Assembly (NCBI GenBank): GCA_016866995.1
Contig: VGKQ01000003.1
Coordinates: 118 to 64,117, forward strand
Direction of reading: 5' to 3'
Length of the DNA stretch: 64,000 bases
From: Candidatus Pacearchaeota archaeon
GTDB taxonomy: Archaea > Nanobdellota > Nanobdellia > Pacearchaeales > GW2011-AR1
The notes beneath the pieces were generated by a model, which was not told where the DNA came from, did not search any database, and saw only the letters and a program-made list of their open reading frames with translations. The translations under genes and the position numbers were made by a program. Shown here in pieces: positions 28,340 to 37,803 of the stretch (position 1 is the stretch's first letter; each line of letters starts with the position of its first letter).

Positions 28340-29593
28340 ATGAATATACAAGAATTAAATCACTGGTGGACTGAAAATATGGTTAAAGAAGAATTTGTTC
28401 CGAAAACCTACAGAGAGTTGTTTGCCTCACTAAAAGAAGATTTTGGAAGAAAACAGATTCAGATTTTGATAGGATTAAGGAGAACAGGAAAGTCAACAAT
28501 TATATTCCAAATTATTGATAGATTAATAAAAGAAAATATTCCTCCATCAAATATTATTTATTGTAGTTTTGACGAGCCTGAACTGCAGAATAAAAGCTTT
28601 GATGACATTTTAAAGGATTTTTCAGGAATAATGAACATTAATTATAAGAAAGAGAAAATATACTTATTTATTGATGAAGTGCAAAAATCAAAGAATTGGG
28701 CAGATAATATCAAGCTGATTTATGATAACTTGAAAAATATAAAAATATTCTTATCTGGCTCAGCATCTTTGAATATCCTTTCTGACGCAAAAAAAAGCCT
28801 TGCTGGAAGAAGCATTTATTACGAGCTGAAGCCTCTTAATTTTAAAGAGTTTCTTAGCATTAAAGGAGTTAAAGTAGACATATCTAAGTTATTATTATAT
28901 AAAGAGGTTTTGGAAAAAGAATTTAAGGATTTTATTTTCAGGCCATTTCCTGAGTTAGTTAATGAGAAAGATATTAATTTTATCAAGAATTATATAAGAA
29001 GCGCGGTTATTGAGCCAATTATTTTAAAAGATATTCCAAAAGAGTTTAATGAAGCAGATATTTTGCTTCTTGAGAGAATTGTTGAGATATTTTTATCAAA
29101 TCCCGGGCAGTATCTAAATATGGATGGGCTTGCAAAAGATTTGAAAAGAACAAAGGCAACACTTTACAAGGCATTATTCTATCTTGAGTTTTCATTTATT
29201 ATAAGAAGAATTTTAAATTTCAGGCCTTCAATGAAGATTGCTTCAAGGAAGATGTCTAGAATCTATGCTTATCATCCATGCCTGTGCCTTCCATTTAATA
29301 TTTCTCAGGAGAAATATTCAGAAAATCTTGTTTTTTCTGAAATTGAAACAAAATTCTACTGGAGAGACAAGGAAAAAGAAATAGATTTTCTAAAAGATTT
29401 TAAGCCTGTTGAAGTTAAATATAAATCTCAAATTGAAAAACAAGACACTAAATGGATTGATTATTTTCTGGAGAAATATGGAAAAAAACTTAGTATAAAC
29501 CAGGCATATGTTATAACAAAAGATTTAGAAGAAAAAAGGGAAAATATTAAATTAATACCTTTATGGAAATTCTGCCTCTTTGGATTAAAGTAA
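28340..29593 (+). CDS. AAA-superfamily ATPase with DUF4143-like C-terminus
   Basis: Walker A GLRRTGKST and Walker B YLFIDEVQ. Length and layout are typical of the PF13173/DUF4143 family. Confidence 0.65.
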   Translation: MNIQELNHWWTENMVKEEFVPKTYRELFASLKEDFGRKQIQILIGLRRTGKSTIIFQIIDRLIKENIPPSNIIYCSFDEPELQNKSFDDILKDFSGIMNINYKKEKIYLFIDEVQKSKNWADNIKLIYDNLKNIKIFLSGSASLNILSDAKKSLAGRSIYYELKPLNFKEFLSIKGVKVDISKLLLYKEVLEKEFKDFIFRPFPELVNEKDINFIKNYIRSAVIEPIILKDIPKEFNEADILLLERIVEIFLSNPGQYLNMDGLAKDLKRTKATLYKALFYLEFSFIIRRILNFRPSMKIASRKMSRIYAYHPCLCLPFNISQEKYSENLVFSEIETKFYWRDKEKEIDFLKDFKPVEVKYKSQIEKQDTKWIDYFLEKYGKKLSINQAYVITKDLEEKRENIKLIPLWKFCLFGLK

Positions 29594-29608
29594 TTATTTT
29601 TTGAGTTT

Positions 29609-30607
29609 TCAGAACAAGTTTTTCGGAAAATAAACATACTTATATTCTTCATAAGCTATTAAATTTTCATAGTGATTGATTTCTTTTGGAAATAAAGCTC
29701 TAAGCTTGAGAAGGGTTTCCTGCAGTTCATTTATATCCTTGACAAGAAGATAAATTAAAACATTGAATCTTCCTATTGTTTTTACTGCCCATAATGTATT
29801 TTTGTCAGAAGTGAGAAAATCCTTCAGGATTTTCTCTTTTTTCTTATCAAGCGCAGAAATATTCAATAATATTGTATAAAGATTATAGTCAAGAGAAGTG
29901 TAATTTATTACAGGAATGAATTTTATTATTGTGCTTGAATTAATCATATTTTTAATCCTGTAGGCAACAGCATCTGCTGATAATTTTACTTTTCCTCCAA
30001 TTTCATACAAAGGAAGCTGGGCATTTTCCCCTATTATCTTTAAAATTTCTATGTCTTTTTTATCTATATTAGTTTCCCTTTTTTCAATTTTTCTTTCAAT
30101 TTTGAAATCTGAAAAATTCGGAGGGAATGTTTCTGCTGCATAGGTTTTTGTTATTGTTAAAATTTCGTAATCATGCATGTATCCAAAGCAGTCAGAGATT
30201 ATTTTTGTTATAAGACTATCAAGCTCTTCTATATTTTTAGCAATTAAAGCAATTTCAAAATCAAAGTTTCCAGAGAATTTTATAATTGCTCGGATATTTG
30301 GGTATTTCTCAAGCTTTTTTATTATTTTTTGCTCTATTTCTTGAGATGGATTATTTAGCTTGAGGAAAAGGTGATAATTATTATATCCAAATTTGGAAAT
30401 ATCAACCATTGTTCTGTATCCCTGTATTAATCCATCTTTCTCGTAATTTTTTATCCTATAATTAACTGCATCACGAGAAAGTGCAACTTGTTTTGCTAGT
30501 TTTGTTAAGGGTATTCGGGCATTTTGGGAAAGAAGAGCAAGAATTTTTCTGTCTTTTGCATCAGTTTTTACTTTTTTAGTCTCTTTAGTTTGCTGTAGGT
30601 ATCTCAT
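29609..30607 (-). CDS. tandem Lrp/AsnC-like regulator (two HTH-RAM units)
   Basis: Two copies of the D-x-x-D-x-x-IL-x-x-L-x-x-NA-R HTH pattern (DAKDRKILALLSQNARIPL and DKKDIEILKIIGENAQLPL). Confidence 0.6.
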   Translation of the reverse strand: MRYLQQTKETKKVKTDAKDRKILALLSQNARIPLTKLAKQVALSRDAVNYRIKNYEKDGLIQGYRTMVDISKFGYNNYHLFLKLNNPSQEIEQKIIKKLEKYPNIRAIIKFSGNFDFEIALIAKNIEELDSLITKIISDCFGYMHDYEILTITKTYAAETFPPNFSDFKIERKIEKRETNIDKKDIEILKIIGENAQLPLYEIGGKVKLSADAVAYRIKNMINSSTIIKFIPVINYTSLDYNLYTILLNISALDKKKEKILKDFLTSDKNTLWAVKTIGRFNVLIYLLVKDINELQETLLKLRALFPKEINHYENLIAYEEYKYVYFPKNLF

Positions 30608-30731
30608 TTTCTTTCATTGTGATAAGCCTAAATTAGTTTATAAATATTTCGGAAAATACGTATTTTTTGTTAAAATATTTCTTATATTTCTGAATACTAT
30701 AGATATTGTCCAGATTGGACGGAGAAAGAAA

Positions 30732-31349
30732 ATGGAAACACAATTTGTTGTTGATGAAGAAAACAAAGAAGCAGAGGATTACAGAGCAAGTTATGCACGA
30801 AGAATAGAGCAAGCAGCCTATGTTGCCTGGAGGCTTTCTTCAAAACTTCCTTATCATAATTTTAGGCATGCTGTTGATGTTTATTCTGCTGCAAATGTTC
30901 TCGCGCATATGGAAAATGTTTCTGGGGAGGACAGATTCCTGTTAAAAACTGCATCATTATTTCATGATGTTTTGTTTCAGCCAGGCTATGCTTATAATGA
31001 GGAACTAAGTGCAAAATGGGCTGGAAAATGCCTGCCTCATTTAGGATATTCTCCTAAACAAGTTGAGAAAGTAAAAAAATTAGTTCTTGCAACAAAATTG
31101 CCAACCCACCCAGAAAATTTACTTGAAAGAATAATGTGTGATGCTGATTTGGATAATCTTGGAAGAGATGACTTTTTTGACAGGGGAGAAGCATTAAGAC
31201 AGGAATGTGGATGGGCTTTAAACAACGGATTTTATGAAAATCAGAAAAAGTTTTTGCAATTTCATCAATACTACACTCAATCAGCAAGAAATTTAAGAGA
31301 TGAAGGCAAGAGAAGAAACCTTGAAGAGCTTGAAAGGAGATTAAAATGA
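30732..31349 (+). CDS. HD-domain phosphohydrolase
   Basis: H...HD...D pattern: FRHAVDV, SLFHDV, CDADLDNLG. Confidence 0.65.
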   Translation: METQFVVDEENKEAEDYRASYARRIEQAAYVAWRLSSKLPYHNFRHAVDVYSAANVLAHMENVSGEDRFLLKTASLFHDVLFQPGYAYNEELSAKWAGKCLPHLGYSPKQVEKVKKLVLATKLPTHPENLLERIMCDADLDNLGRDDFFDRGEALRQECGWALNNGFYENQKKFLQFHQYYTQSARNLRDEGKRRNLEELERRLK

Positions 31350-32407
31350 TTGTTGCGGGTTGGTCATTTACAAATGCCTGCAATCTCAGATGCAAACACT
31401 GCTATAATGCTTCTGGCATGAGAAGGGAAGATGAATTAACATTTGAAGAAAGCTTAAGGGTTGCAGATAAATTAAAAAAAGCCAGAGTCGCTGCTGTAAA
31501 TTTTGGAGGAGGAGAGTGTGCCCTTCGTCCTGATTTTATTGATTTATGCAAGTATCTTCATAAAATTGGGATTAAAATTTCTTATACTACAAATGGAACA
31601 ACTTTTAATCTGATTAAAGATAATCTTGATTTGTTTAGTGATATTGGAGTGAGTATTGATTTTGCTGACAAAAAGAAGCATGATGAATTCCGCGGAGTTA
31701 ATGGAGTTTATGACAACGCAATTGAAACTATAAAGGAACTTGTTAAAGCTGGAGTTGATACAGAAATTATTACTTGTCTAACTAAACTAAACTGTTCTGA
31801 TGAAGAGTTAGAAAAGCTGTATAATTTAGCAAGAAAATTAAAAGTTAATTATTGGAGGCTTAACAGGTTCAGAGCAAATGGAAGAGGGATAGAAAACAAA
31901 ATTAATTTAGAATTATCAAATGAAGAATTAAGAAAAGCTTATGAATTTCTTAGCAGATATGTGAAAGGAAATGTTTCTGAGCCAATTTTCAGAGCCGTAT
32001 TTGGAGGGAATTATTATATTCCTGGAGATCCATCTGGAAATACTGCTTTTAGGATCCAGGTTAATGGAGAAGTTTCTCCTTCTGTTTTTCTTTCTGAGTC
32101 TGGAGGGAATATAAAAAATAAAAGTGTTGAGAAAATTTTTGATTCCAGTATTTTTAGAAAAATAAGAAACAGAAAGCCAAGAGGAAAATGCAAGCATTGT
32201 CCTGCTTATTTTCATTGTAAGGGAGGAGATGCTGGTGCTTCTTATCTGCAATATGGGCATTTTGACGGCCCTGATCCACTTTGTTGGATTAATCCCAAAA
32301 AAGCAAAAAAAGCCACCAAAACACAGCCAAAAAACTGGAATGTGCACGAATTTTATTTGTGTACCCTATACGTTCCAATAAACAATTGGGGGAAAAATGG
32401 AAAATAA
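31346..32407 (+). CDS. radical SAM enzyme with SPASM/twitch-like C-terminal Cys cluster (1 of 2)
   Basis: CNLRCKHC is a CxxxCxxC motif near the N-terminus. GGGE motif present. C-terminal CKHCPAYFHCKGG ... CW. Start overlaps the HD gene stop (ATGA). Confidence 0.75.
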   Translation: MIVAGWSFTNACNLRCKHCYNASGMRREDELTFEESLRVADKLKKARVAAVNFGGGECALRPDFIDLCKYLHKIGIKISYTTNGTTFNLIKDNLDLFSDIGVSIDFADKKKHDEFRGVNGVYDNAIETIKELVKAGVDTEIITCLTKLNCSDEELEKLYNLARKLKVNYWRLNRFRANGRGIENKINLELSNEELRKAYEFLSRYVKGNVSEPIFRAVFGGNYYIPGDPSGNTAFRIQVNGEVSPSVFLSESGGNIKNKSVEKIFDSSIFRKIRNRKPRGKCKHCPAYFHCKGGDAGASYLQYGHFDGPDPLCWINPKKAKKATKTQPKNWNVHEFYLCTLYVPINNWGKNGK

Positions 32408-33404
32408 AATTATACTCCCAAAACTTGATTTAAATGTAACTAATAGATGCAATTTTCGATGCGTGCATTGTGCTTTTGATTCTGGAATTGTCAGCATGGG
32501 GGAGTTAACTCTTGGTGAATTGGAAAAAATTTTGAGTGATACAAGAAAGCTTGGTGGGAGAAGAATTGACATTACAGGTGGAGAGCCATTGTTAAGAGGA
32601 GATGTTGAAGATATTATTTCCATAGCAAAAAAACTTGGGTATAAAGTAGAGCTTGTAACTAATGCCTCGCTTTTGACTGAAGAAAAACTCAGCAAATTTA
32701 GGGGATTAGGATTAGATGGGATTGCAATAAGTTTGGACGGAGCAAGTGCTGAAACTTACAACAGAATAAGAAGAAGAGACAAGAAAACATTTGCGAAAGT
32801 GCTTGAAAATATACAAAAATCAGTTGAACTTGGTTTTTATACAAAAGTAAATACTGTGATATTTGACTTTAATCTTGAGGAAATTCCAAAAATTGTAGAA
32901 TTGTGTTTGAAACTAGGAGTTCAGGAAAATGGTATTTATTATTTTACCCCTATTGGAAGAGGAAATAGAAGCACTGAACTTGCCATAGAGCCTCTAAAAT
33001 GGCTGAAATTTATAAGAGAAAGACTGATGAAGTACACAAATTCTGGGATGAAAATCTCTCTTGAGGTTCCATTAATAGAAAGAAAATATTGGAATCGTGG
33101 ATTGGGATGCATTGCAAATACCGAGAAAAATCATCTACAGATACTTCCGGATGGGAATGTTTATCCGTGTGCAATTCTTGCTTCTTACAATAAGCCTGTT
33201 GCAAACCTGAAGCAATGTTCTGTTAAAAATATCTGGAATAATAAAAAACTCTGGAGAGATTATTGGAAAGATATTTCCAGGGTTTTTCCGTGTAAGTCCT
33301 GTGTTGATTTCAAGTCTGCTTTTAGTATGAAAAATTATGATTTTAGAAAATACAGATTTGTATGCCCTTTGAGAAAGTTTAAACTTGAGGAGTTGGAAAA
33401 ATGA
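32397..33404 (+). CDS. radical SAM enzyme with SPASM-like C-terminal Cys cluster (2 of 2)
   Basis: CNFRCVHC motif and ITGGEPLL. C-terminal GC ... YPC ... PCKSC ... VCP. Overlaps the upstream gene by 11 nt. Confidence 0.75.
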   Translation: MENKIILPKLDLNVTNRCNFRCVHCAFDSGIVSMGELTLGELEKILSDTRKLGGRRIDITGGEPLLRGDVEDIISIAKKLGYKVELVTNASLLTEEKLSKFRGLGLDGIAISLDGASAETYNRIRRRDKKTFAKVLENIQKSVELGFYTKVNTVIFDFNLEEIPKIVELCLKLGVQENGIYYFTPIGRGNRSTELAIEPLKWLKFIRERLMKYTNSGMKISLEVPLIERKYWNRGLGCIANTEKNHLQILPDGNVYPCAILASYNKPVANLKQCSVKNIWNNKKLWRDYWKDISRVFPCKSCVDFKSAFSMKNYDFRKYRFVCPLRKFKLEELEK

Positions 33405-33970
33405 GAGGTTTATTTGTTGTTTGTGAGGGGCTTGATGCGAGCGGAAAAACAACTACAATTAAGAAAGCTCTGGAATTATTGGGAAATGAATTTTTATACA
33501 GCAAGGGGCTGAAAACAGGAACAATTGCAGGCAAGTTATCAAGTTTATTTCCCTCAACTTTCACACTTTTGCTTGAAATTATATACCATGACTGGTTTTT
33601 TGTAAGAAAGAATCTTAAAAATGGAAAAACCATATTACAAGATAGATGGCATTACACTGTTCTTTCTCATAATCCTAAGAACTGGAAGGATGAATTACTT
33701 GAAAGGTTGTGTGTTCCTTATATTTCCGAGCCAGATATCTATGTTTATTTTAAAGTGTCTGATGAAAAAAGGCTTGAAAGGCTTGCTGCAAGGGAAAATG
33801 CAAAGGAGCATGAGTTTTTGATTAATGATTCTGAAAGAAGAAAAGAAATGGAAGAGAGATTTTTTAGGAAATACAGAGATTTTCCTGGAGAAAAACATAT
33901 CATTGATACTTCAAATCTCTCAGTAGAAGAATGTGCTGAGAGATTATATAAGATAGTTAGCAGAAAATAG
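33401..33970 (+). CDS. thymidylate-kinase-like P-loop nucleotide kinase
   Basis: FVVCEGLDASGKTT P-loop in Tmk-type context, and a DRWHYT region matching the DR-x motif position. Start overlaps the upstream stop. Confidence 0.6.
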   Translation: MRGLFVVCEGLDASGKTTTIKKALELLGNEFLYSKGLKTGTIAGKLSSLFPSTFTLLLEIIYHDWFFVRKNLKNGKTILQDRWHYTVLSHNPKNWKDELLERLCVPYISEPDIYVYFKVSDEKRLERLAARENAKEHEFLINDSERRKEMEERFFRKYRDFPGEKHIIDTSNLSVEECAERLYKIVSRK

Positions 33971-34019
33971 ATTTTGAATTTTCAATTAGTTTTTTAAACT
34001 CTGTATATCTAATAAAAAC

Positions 34020-35501
34020 ATGATAACAAATGATGAACTTGACGAGCTTCTTGAGAAGCTTGGGAAAATCAGGGGCAGGCATACTGAACTTGTAACTGTG
34101 CTGATTCCAGCTGGAGCTAATATCTACACAATTGCAGACCAGATTGCAGCAGAACAATCAACAGCAGACAATATCAAGTCAAAAACAGTGAGAAAAAACG
34201 TAATGGACGCACTGGAGATGATTTCCCGTGAGTTGAAGAAATACAAAAAAACCCCTGATAATGGCATGGCAATTTTCTGCGGTAATGTTTCTGAAAAAGA
34301 AGGGCAGAATGACATTCAGCTTTGGATTATTGAGCCCCCCCAACCCCTTAAAACAAGATTATACAGATGCGACCAGGTTTTTGTTATTTCTCCATTGCAG
34401 GAAATGAGGGAAGTGCAGGAAGTTTATGGCTTGCTTGTAATGGACAGGAGAGAGGCAACAATTGGATTGCTTGAAGGAAAGAATATTAAAGTTATAAGAA
34501 AAATGTCTTCTGGTGTTCCTGGAAAAATTCGGGCAGGAGGGCAATGTCTATCTCCTGATACTTTAATAGAAACAAAAAATGGAAATATAAAAATAAAAGA
34601 CGTTAAAATAGGCGATGAGATTAAATCCTTAAACATAGAAAACAATAAAATTATATTTTCCAAATGCCTAAATAAATGGACAAAAAATAAAAGCGAATAT
34701 CTTCAAATAATAACTAAAAATAACTCAATTATCTCTTCAGCAGAACATTTATTTTTTTTATGGGATAATAATAGTTTAATTGAAGTTCAAGCTGATTGGA
34801 TTAAGAAGAATGCTATATTGTTAAATAATAATTTAGAAGCTGAAAAAGTAAAAAAGATTATCAACAAGAAGCAGGAAATAGAATTAATAGATATCGAAAC
34901 AGAAGCTGAAAATTTCTTTGCTAATGGAATTCTTGTGCATAATTCATCGCAGAGATTCGAGAGGATTACAGAAGGATTGGCAAAAGAATTTTTTAAACGT
35001 GTGGCAGACAGCATGAAGGAAATTTTTTTTGACATGCCAAAATTAAAAGGAATACTTGTTGGAGGACCCATTCCGACAAAAGAGGAATTTCTGCAGAAAG
35101 GAGAGCTTGTGACAAAACTGAAAGACATGGTTATTGGAATAAAAAATCTTGGAAATACAGACGAGTCTGGACTTGAGGAATTAGTTGAATTAAGCCATGA
35201 TATTCTTTCTCAGCAAGAAATTATCAAGGAGAAAAAAATTCTTGAGAAATTTTTTGAAACATTAGGAAAAAATCCTGACAAGGCAGTTTACAAGATTGAT
35301 GATGTAAAAAAAGCCCTAAAGTATGGGGCTGTTTCTCTCTTGATTTTAAGCAAGAAGCTTGACAAGAAAACCGCAAGAGAACTAAGAAATGAGGCTGAAA
35401 ATATCTCATCTGAGGTTGAAATGATTTCCACAGAGACAGAAGAAGGAGAGCAGTTCTGGAATTTGGGAGGAATTGGAGCTTTGTTGAGGTTTAAAGTTTA
35501 A
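34020..35501 (+). CDS. prf1: peptide chain release factor aRF1, interrupted by a mini-intein
   Basis: NIKS motif (ADNIKSKT). The GGQ motif is followed immediately by the intein. Extein resumes SSQRFERITE. C-terminal domain present. Confidence 0.9.
   Translation: MITNDELDELLEKLGKIRGRHTELVTVLIPAGANIYTIADQIAAEQSTADNIKSKTVRKNVMDALEMISRELKKYKKTPDNGMAIFCGNVSEKEGQNDIQLWIIEPPQPLKTRLYRCDQVFVISPLQEMREVQEVYGLLVMDRREATIGLLEGKNIKVIRKMSSGVPGKIRAGGQCLSPDTLIETKNGNIKIKDVKIGDEIKSLNIENNKIIFSKCLNKWTKNKSEYLQIITKNNSIISSAEHLFFLWDNNSLIEVQADWIKKNAILLNNNLEAEKVKKIINKKQEIELIDIETEAENFFANGILVHNSSQRFERITEGLAKEFFKRVADSMKEIFFDMPKLKGILVGGPIPTKEEFLQKGELVTKLKDMVIGIKNLGNTDESGLEELVELSHDILSQQEIIKEKKILEKFFETLGKNPDKAVYKIDDVKKALKYGAVSLLILSKKLDKKTARELRNEAENISSEVEMISTETEEGEQFWNLGGIGALLRFKV
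34545..34943 (+). mobile_element. 133-aa mini-intein (no homing endonuclease domain) inserted directly after GGQ of aRF1
   Basis: Starts with Cys (CLSPDTLIETKNG, block A). Has an SAEH block-B-like T-x-x-H. Ends with GILVHN followed by the +1 Ser. The in-frame insertion splits RAGGQ|SSQRFERI. Confidence 0.85.
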
Positions 35502-35517
35502 ATTTTTTGTTAATAGT

Positions 35518-35829
35518 TTAGGCTCTTAGTATAACTTCTATTTTTGGCTCTTTGCCAAAAAACTTTCTTGCTTTTCTTGCAGCATCAATAAATCTTTGAA
35601 AAATGTGAGGCAGGGACACTGCCATTTTTTGCTGTTCATATCTGTCTTCATATAAATTCTTTCCATCATAAGCTTCTTGCTTCAATATTCTGATTGTATC
35701 TGTATGCATAACTGATGTTCTTGAGTCTGCCGCCACCCCAACCAGTTTATAAAGAAATCTATCTTCAATATACAAACCAAATTCAATTTCAGGAGTTTTT
35801 GGCATATCTGGCATGAATAATGCAATCAT
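35518..35829 (-). CDS. hypothetical protein
   Basis: 103-aa ORF, no family recognised. Confidence 0.45.
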   Translation of the reverse strand: MIALFMPDMPKTPEIEFGLYIEDRFLYKLVGVAADSRTSVMHTDTIRILKQEAYDGKNLYEDRYEQQKMAVSLPHIFQRFIDAARKARKFFGKEPKIEVILRA

Positions 35830-35893
35830 TTAGTATTTAAATTAATTATTGTTTTATAATAACATATTTAAATAAGTTAATTTTAGGCTCAAG

Positions 35894-36508
35894 ATGGGAG
35901 AAAAAAGCATTTTTGACATTATGGAAAATATAGAACAAGAAAAAAAGGAGAAAAATCCAAGCGAGAAAGCAGCGAAAGAAATGAAAGTATCAAGAGAAAC
36001 TATCTTTGAAATAGACTCTGCCCGCGAAACAGAAAATCTCAAGAAAATTGAGGCTGCTTTTTTCATTGCAGGAAGATGGCTTTCTATGCAGGATTTGATT
36101 ACTCTAACTGATTTAAATCCCATACTTCTCAGGCAACTTATTGAAAAATTAAAAGAAAGCTATGGAGAAGATTCTGGCATTCAGATTATTGAGAAAGATA
36201 ATGCATGGAAAATGGATGTCAAGCCGGATTATGTTAATATGATTAACAAGCTGGCTACTGGCTCAAGTGAATTCACAAAAGCAGAACAGGAAACTCTGGC
36301 TGTCATTGCTTACAAACAGCCTGTAAAGCAGAGTGTTATTGTCAAAATCCGCGGGAATAAGGCTTACGAGCATGTTAAAAATTTTATTTCTCTTGGACTT
36401 GTTAAAGCCAAGAGAGCAGGACATACTCTTGAGCTTGAGTTGTCAGAGGAATTTCACGATTATTTTCATATAGGACAAGAAAACATAGCAGATAATAAAC
36501 CACAATAA
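35894..36508 (+). CDS. scpB: segregation and condensation protein B
   Basis: IEAAFFIAGRWLSMQDL ... AEQETLAVIAYKQPVKQSVIVKIRG ... wHTH repeats typical of ScpB. Confidence 0.75.
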   Translation: MGEKSIFDIMENIEQEKKEKNPSEKAAKEMKVSRETIFEIDSARETENLKKIEAAFFIAGRWLSMQDLITLTDLNPILLRQLIEKLKESYGEDSGIQIIEKDNAWKMDVKPDYVNMINKLATGSSEFTKAEQETLAVIAYKQPVKQSVIVKIRGNKAYEHVKNFISLGLVKAKRAGHTLELELSEEFHDYFHIGQENIADNKPQ

Positions 36509-36549
36509 TGCTTATATAACAATATTCTTTTGCAAAATAATAAAAGAAA

Positions 36550-37803
36550 ATGAAAATACTTCCAATTATTTATCTTGCATATATGTTTATAGCATTGTAC
36601 ATGTTTTTCTTCTTTCTTCTTCTTTACCTCAGAAACAGGAAACACTTGTTTGAGTACCCAAAAACAAAAAAAATTTATTCTTTAAGCATAATTATTCCGT
36701 GCTATAATGAAGAAAAAGGAATTAGAGGAACAATAGAATCTGTTCTTAAGACAGATTATCGCGGATTGAAAAAAGTCATTGTTGTGGATGACTGCTCAAC
36801 AGATAATTCTTTTCAGATTATAAGGGAAATTGCGAAGAAAAATAAAAAGGTTATTGCTGTTCAGACTCCAAAAAATACAGGAAATGCAGCAGGAGCCAAG
36901 AATTATGGAATAAAATTTGCAAATACAGAGTTAATAGGATTTAGTGATGCTGATTCTTTTATTCAAAGAGACGCAATTTCAAAAATGACAGGGTTTTTTG
37001 ATGATAAAGAAACCGGGGCTGTAACCTGCGCGGTTCTTGTCAAGGAAACAGACAATTTTATAAGAAAATTGCAGGCATTTGAATATTCAATGATTGCATG
37101 GACTAGAAAGTTGCTGGAATATATTGAAGGAATTTGGGCAACTCCCGGGCCCCTGGCAATATACAGAGCCAGCATAATCAGGAAGATAGGAGGATATGAT
37201 TCCAAAAATTTAACAGAAGATATTGAGATTGTCTGGAGGATTGTCAAAAATGGCTGGAAAGTTAAAATGTGCCTTGCTGCAAGAGTTTACAGCACTGCGC
37301 CTAAAAAATTTTCTTACTGGTTTAAGCAGAGAGTCAGATGGGATGTTGGCGGATTGCAGTGCATTAACAAGTATAAATCATTATTTATGAAAAAAGGCAT
37401 GTTAGGATTTTTTATTATTCCTTTTTTTACACTTTCTCTTATGCTTGGATTAATTGGAATGGGGGTATTTTTTTATGTAGCAGGAACAAATATTATCCAG
37501 AATTTTTTATTTGTTGATTACACAGCCAGAGCAGGAACGCATCTTCTTGCACTTGAAGAAATAAATCTTACTCCAACAATCCTGAATTTTTTTGGCATAG
37601 TGTTGTTTTTGCTTGGATTGTTTTTTACTCTGGCAGGATTGGGGGTAATGGGCGAGAAAAGAGGAGGGATAAGAAATATTTTTAACCTGCTGTTTTATAT
37701 GATAATTTATCTTACAGTATATCCTTCAATAATGATTTTTGCAATAGGAAAAATACTTAAATACAGAATTCAGGGGAAAAGAATAGGGTGGCTGACAAAA
37801 TGA
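36550..37803 (+). CDS. membrane-embedded family-2 glycosyltransferase of the processive type (NodC/chitin- or cellulose-synthase-like)
   Basis: IIIPCYNEE, VVDDCSTDNS, DADS, TEDIE and the Q-x-x-R-W motif (KQRVRWDVG), flanked by multiple TM helices. Confidence 0.75.
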   Translation: MKILPIIYLAYMFIALYMFFFFLLLYLRNRKHLFEYPKTKKIYSLSIIIPCYNEEKGIRGTIESVLKTDYRGLKKVIVVDDCSTDNSFQIIREIAKKNKKVIAVQTPKNTGNAAGAKNYGIKFANTELIGFSDADSFIQRDAISKMTGFFDDKETGAVTCAVLVKETDNFIRKLQAFEYSMIAWTRKLLEYIEGIWATPGPLAIYRASIIRKIGGYDSKNLTEDIEIVWRIVKNGWKVKMCLAARVYSTAPKKFSYWFKQRVRWDVGGLQCINKYKSLFMKKGMLGFFIIPFFTLSLMLGLIGMGVFFYVAGTNIIQNFLFVDYTARAGTHLLALEEINLTPTILNFFGIVLFLLGLFFTLAGLGVMGEKRGGIRNIFNLLFYMIIYLTVYPSIMIFAIGKILKYRIQGKRIGWLTK

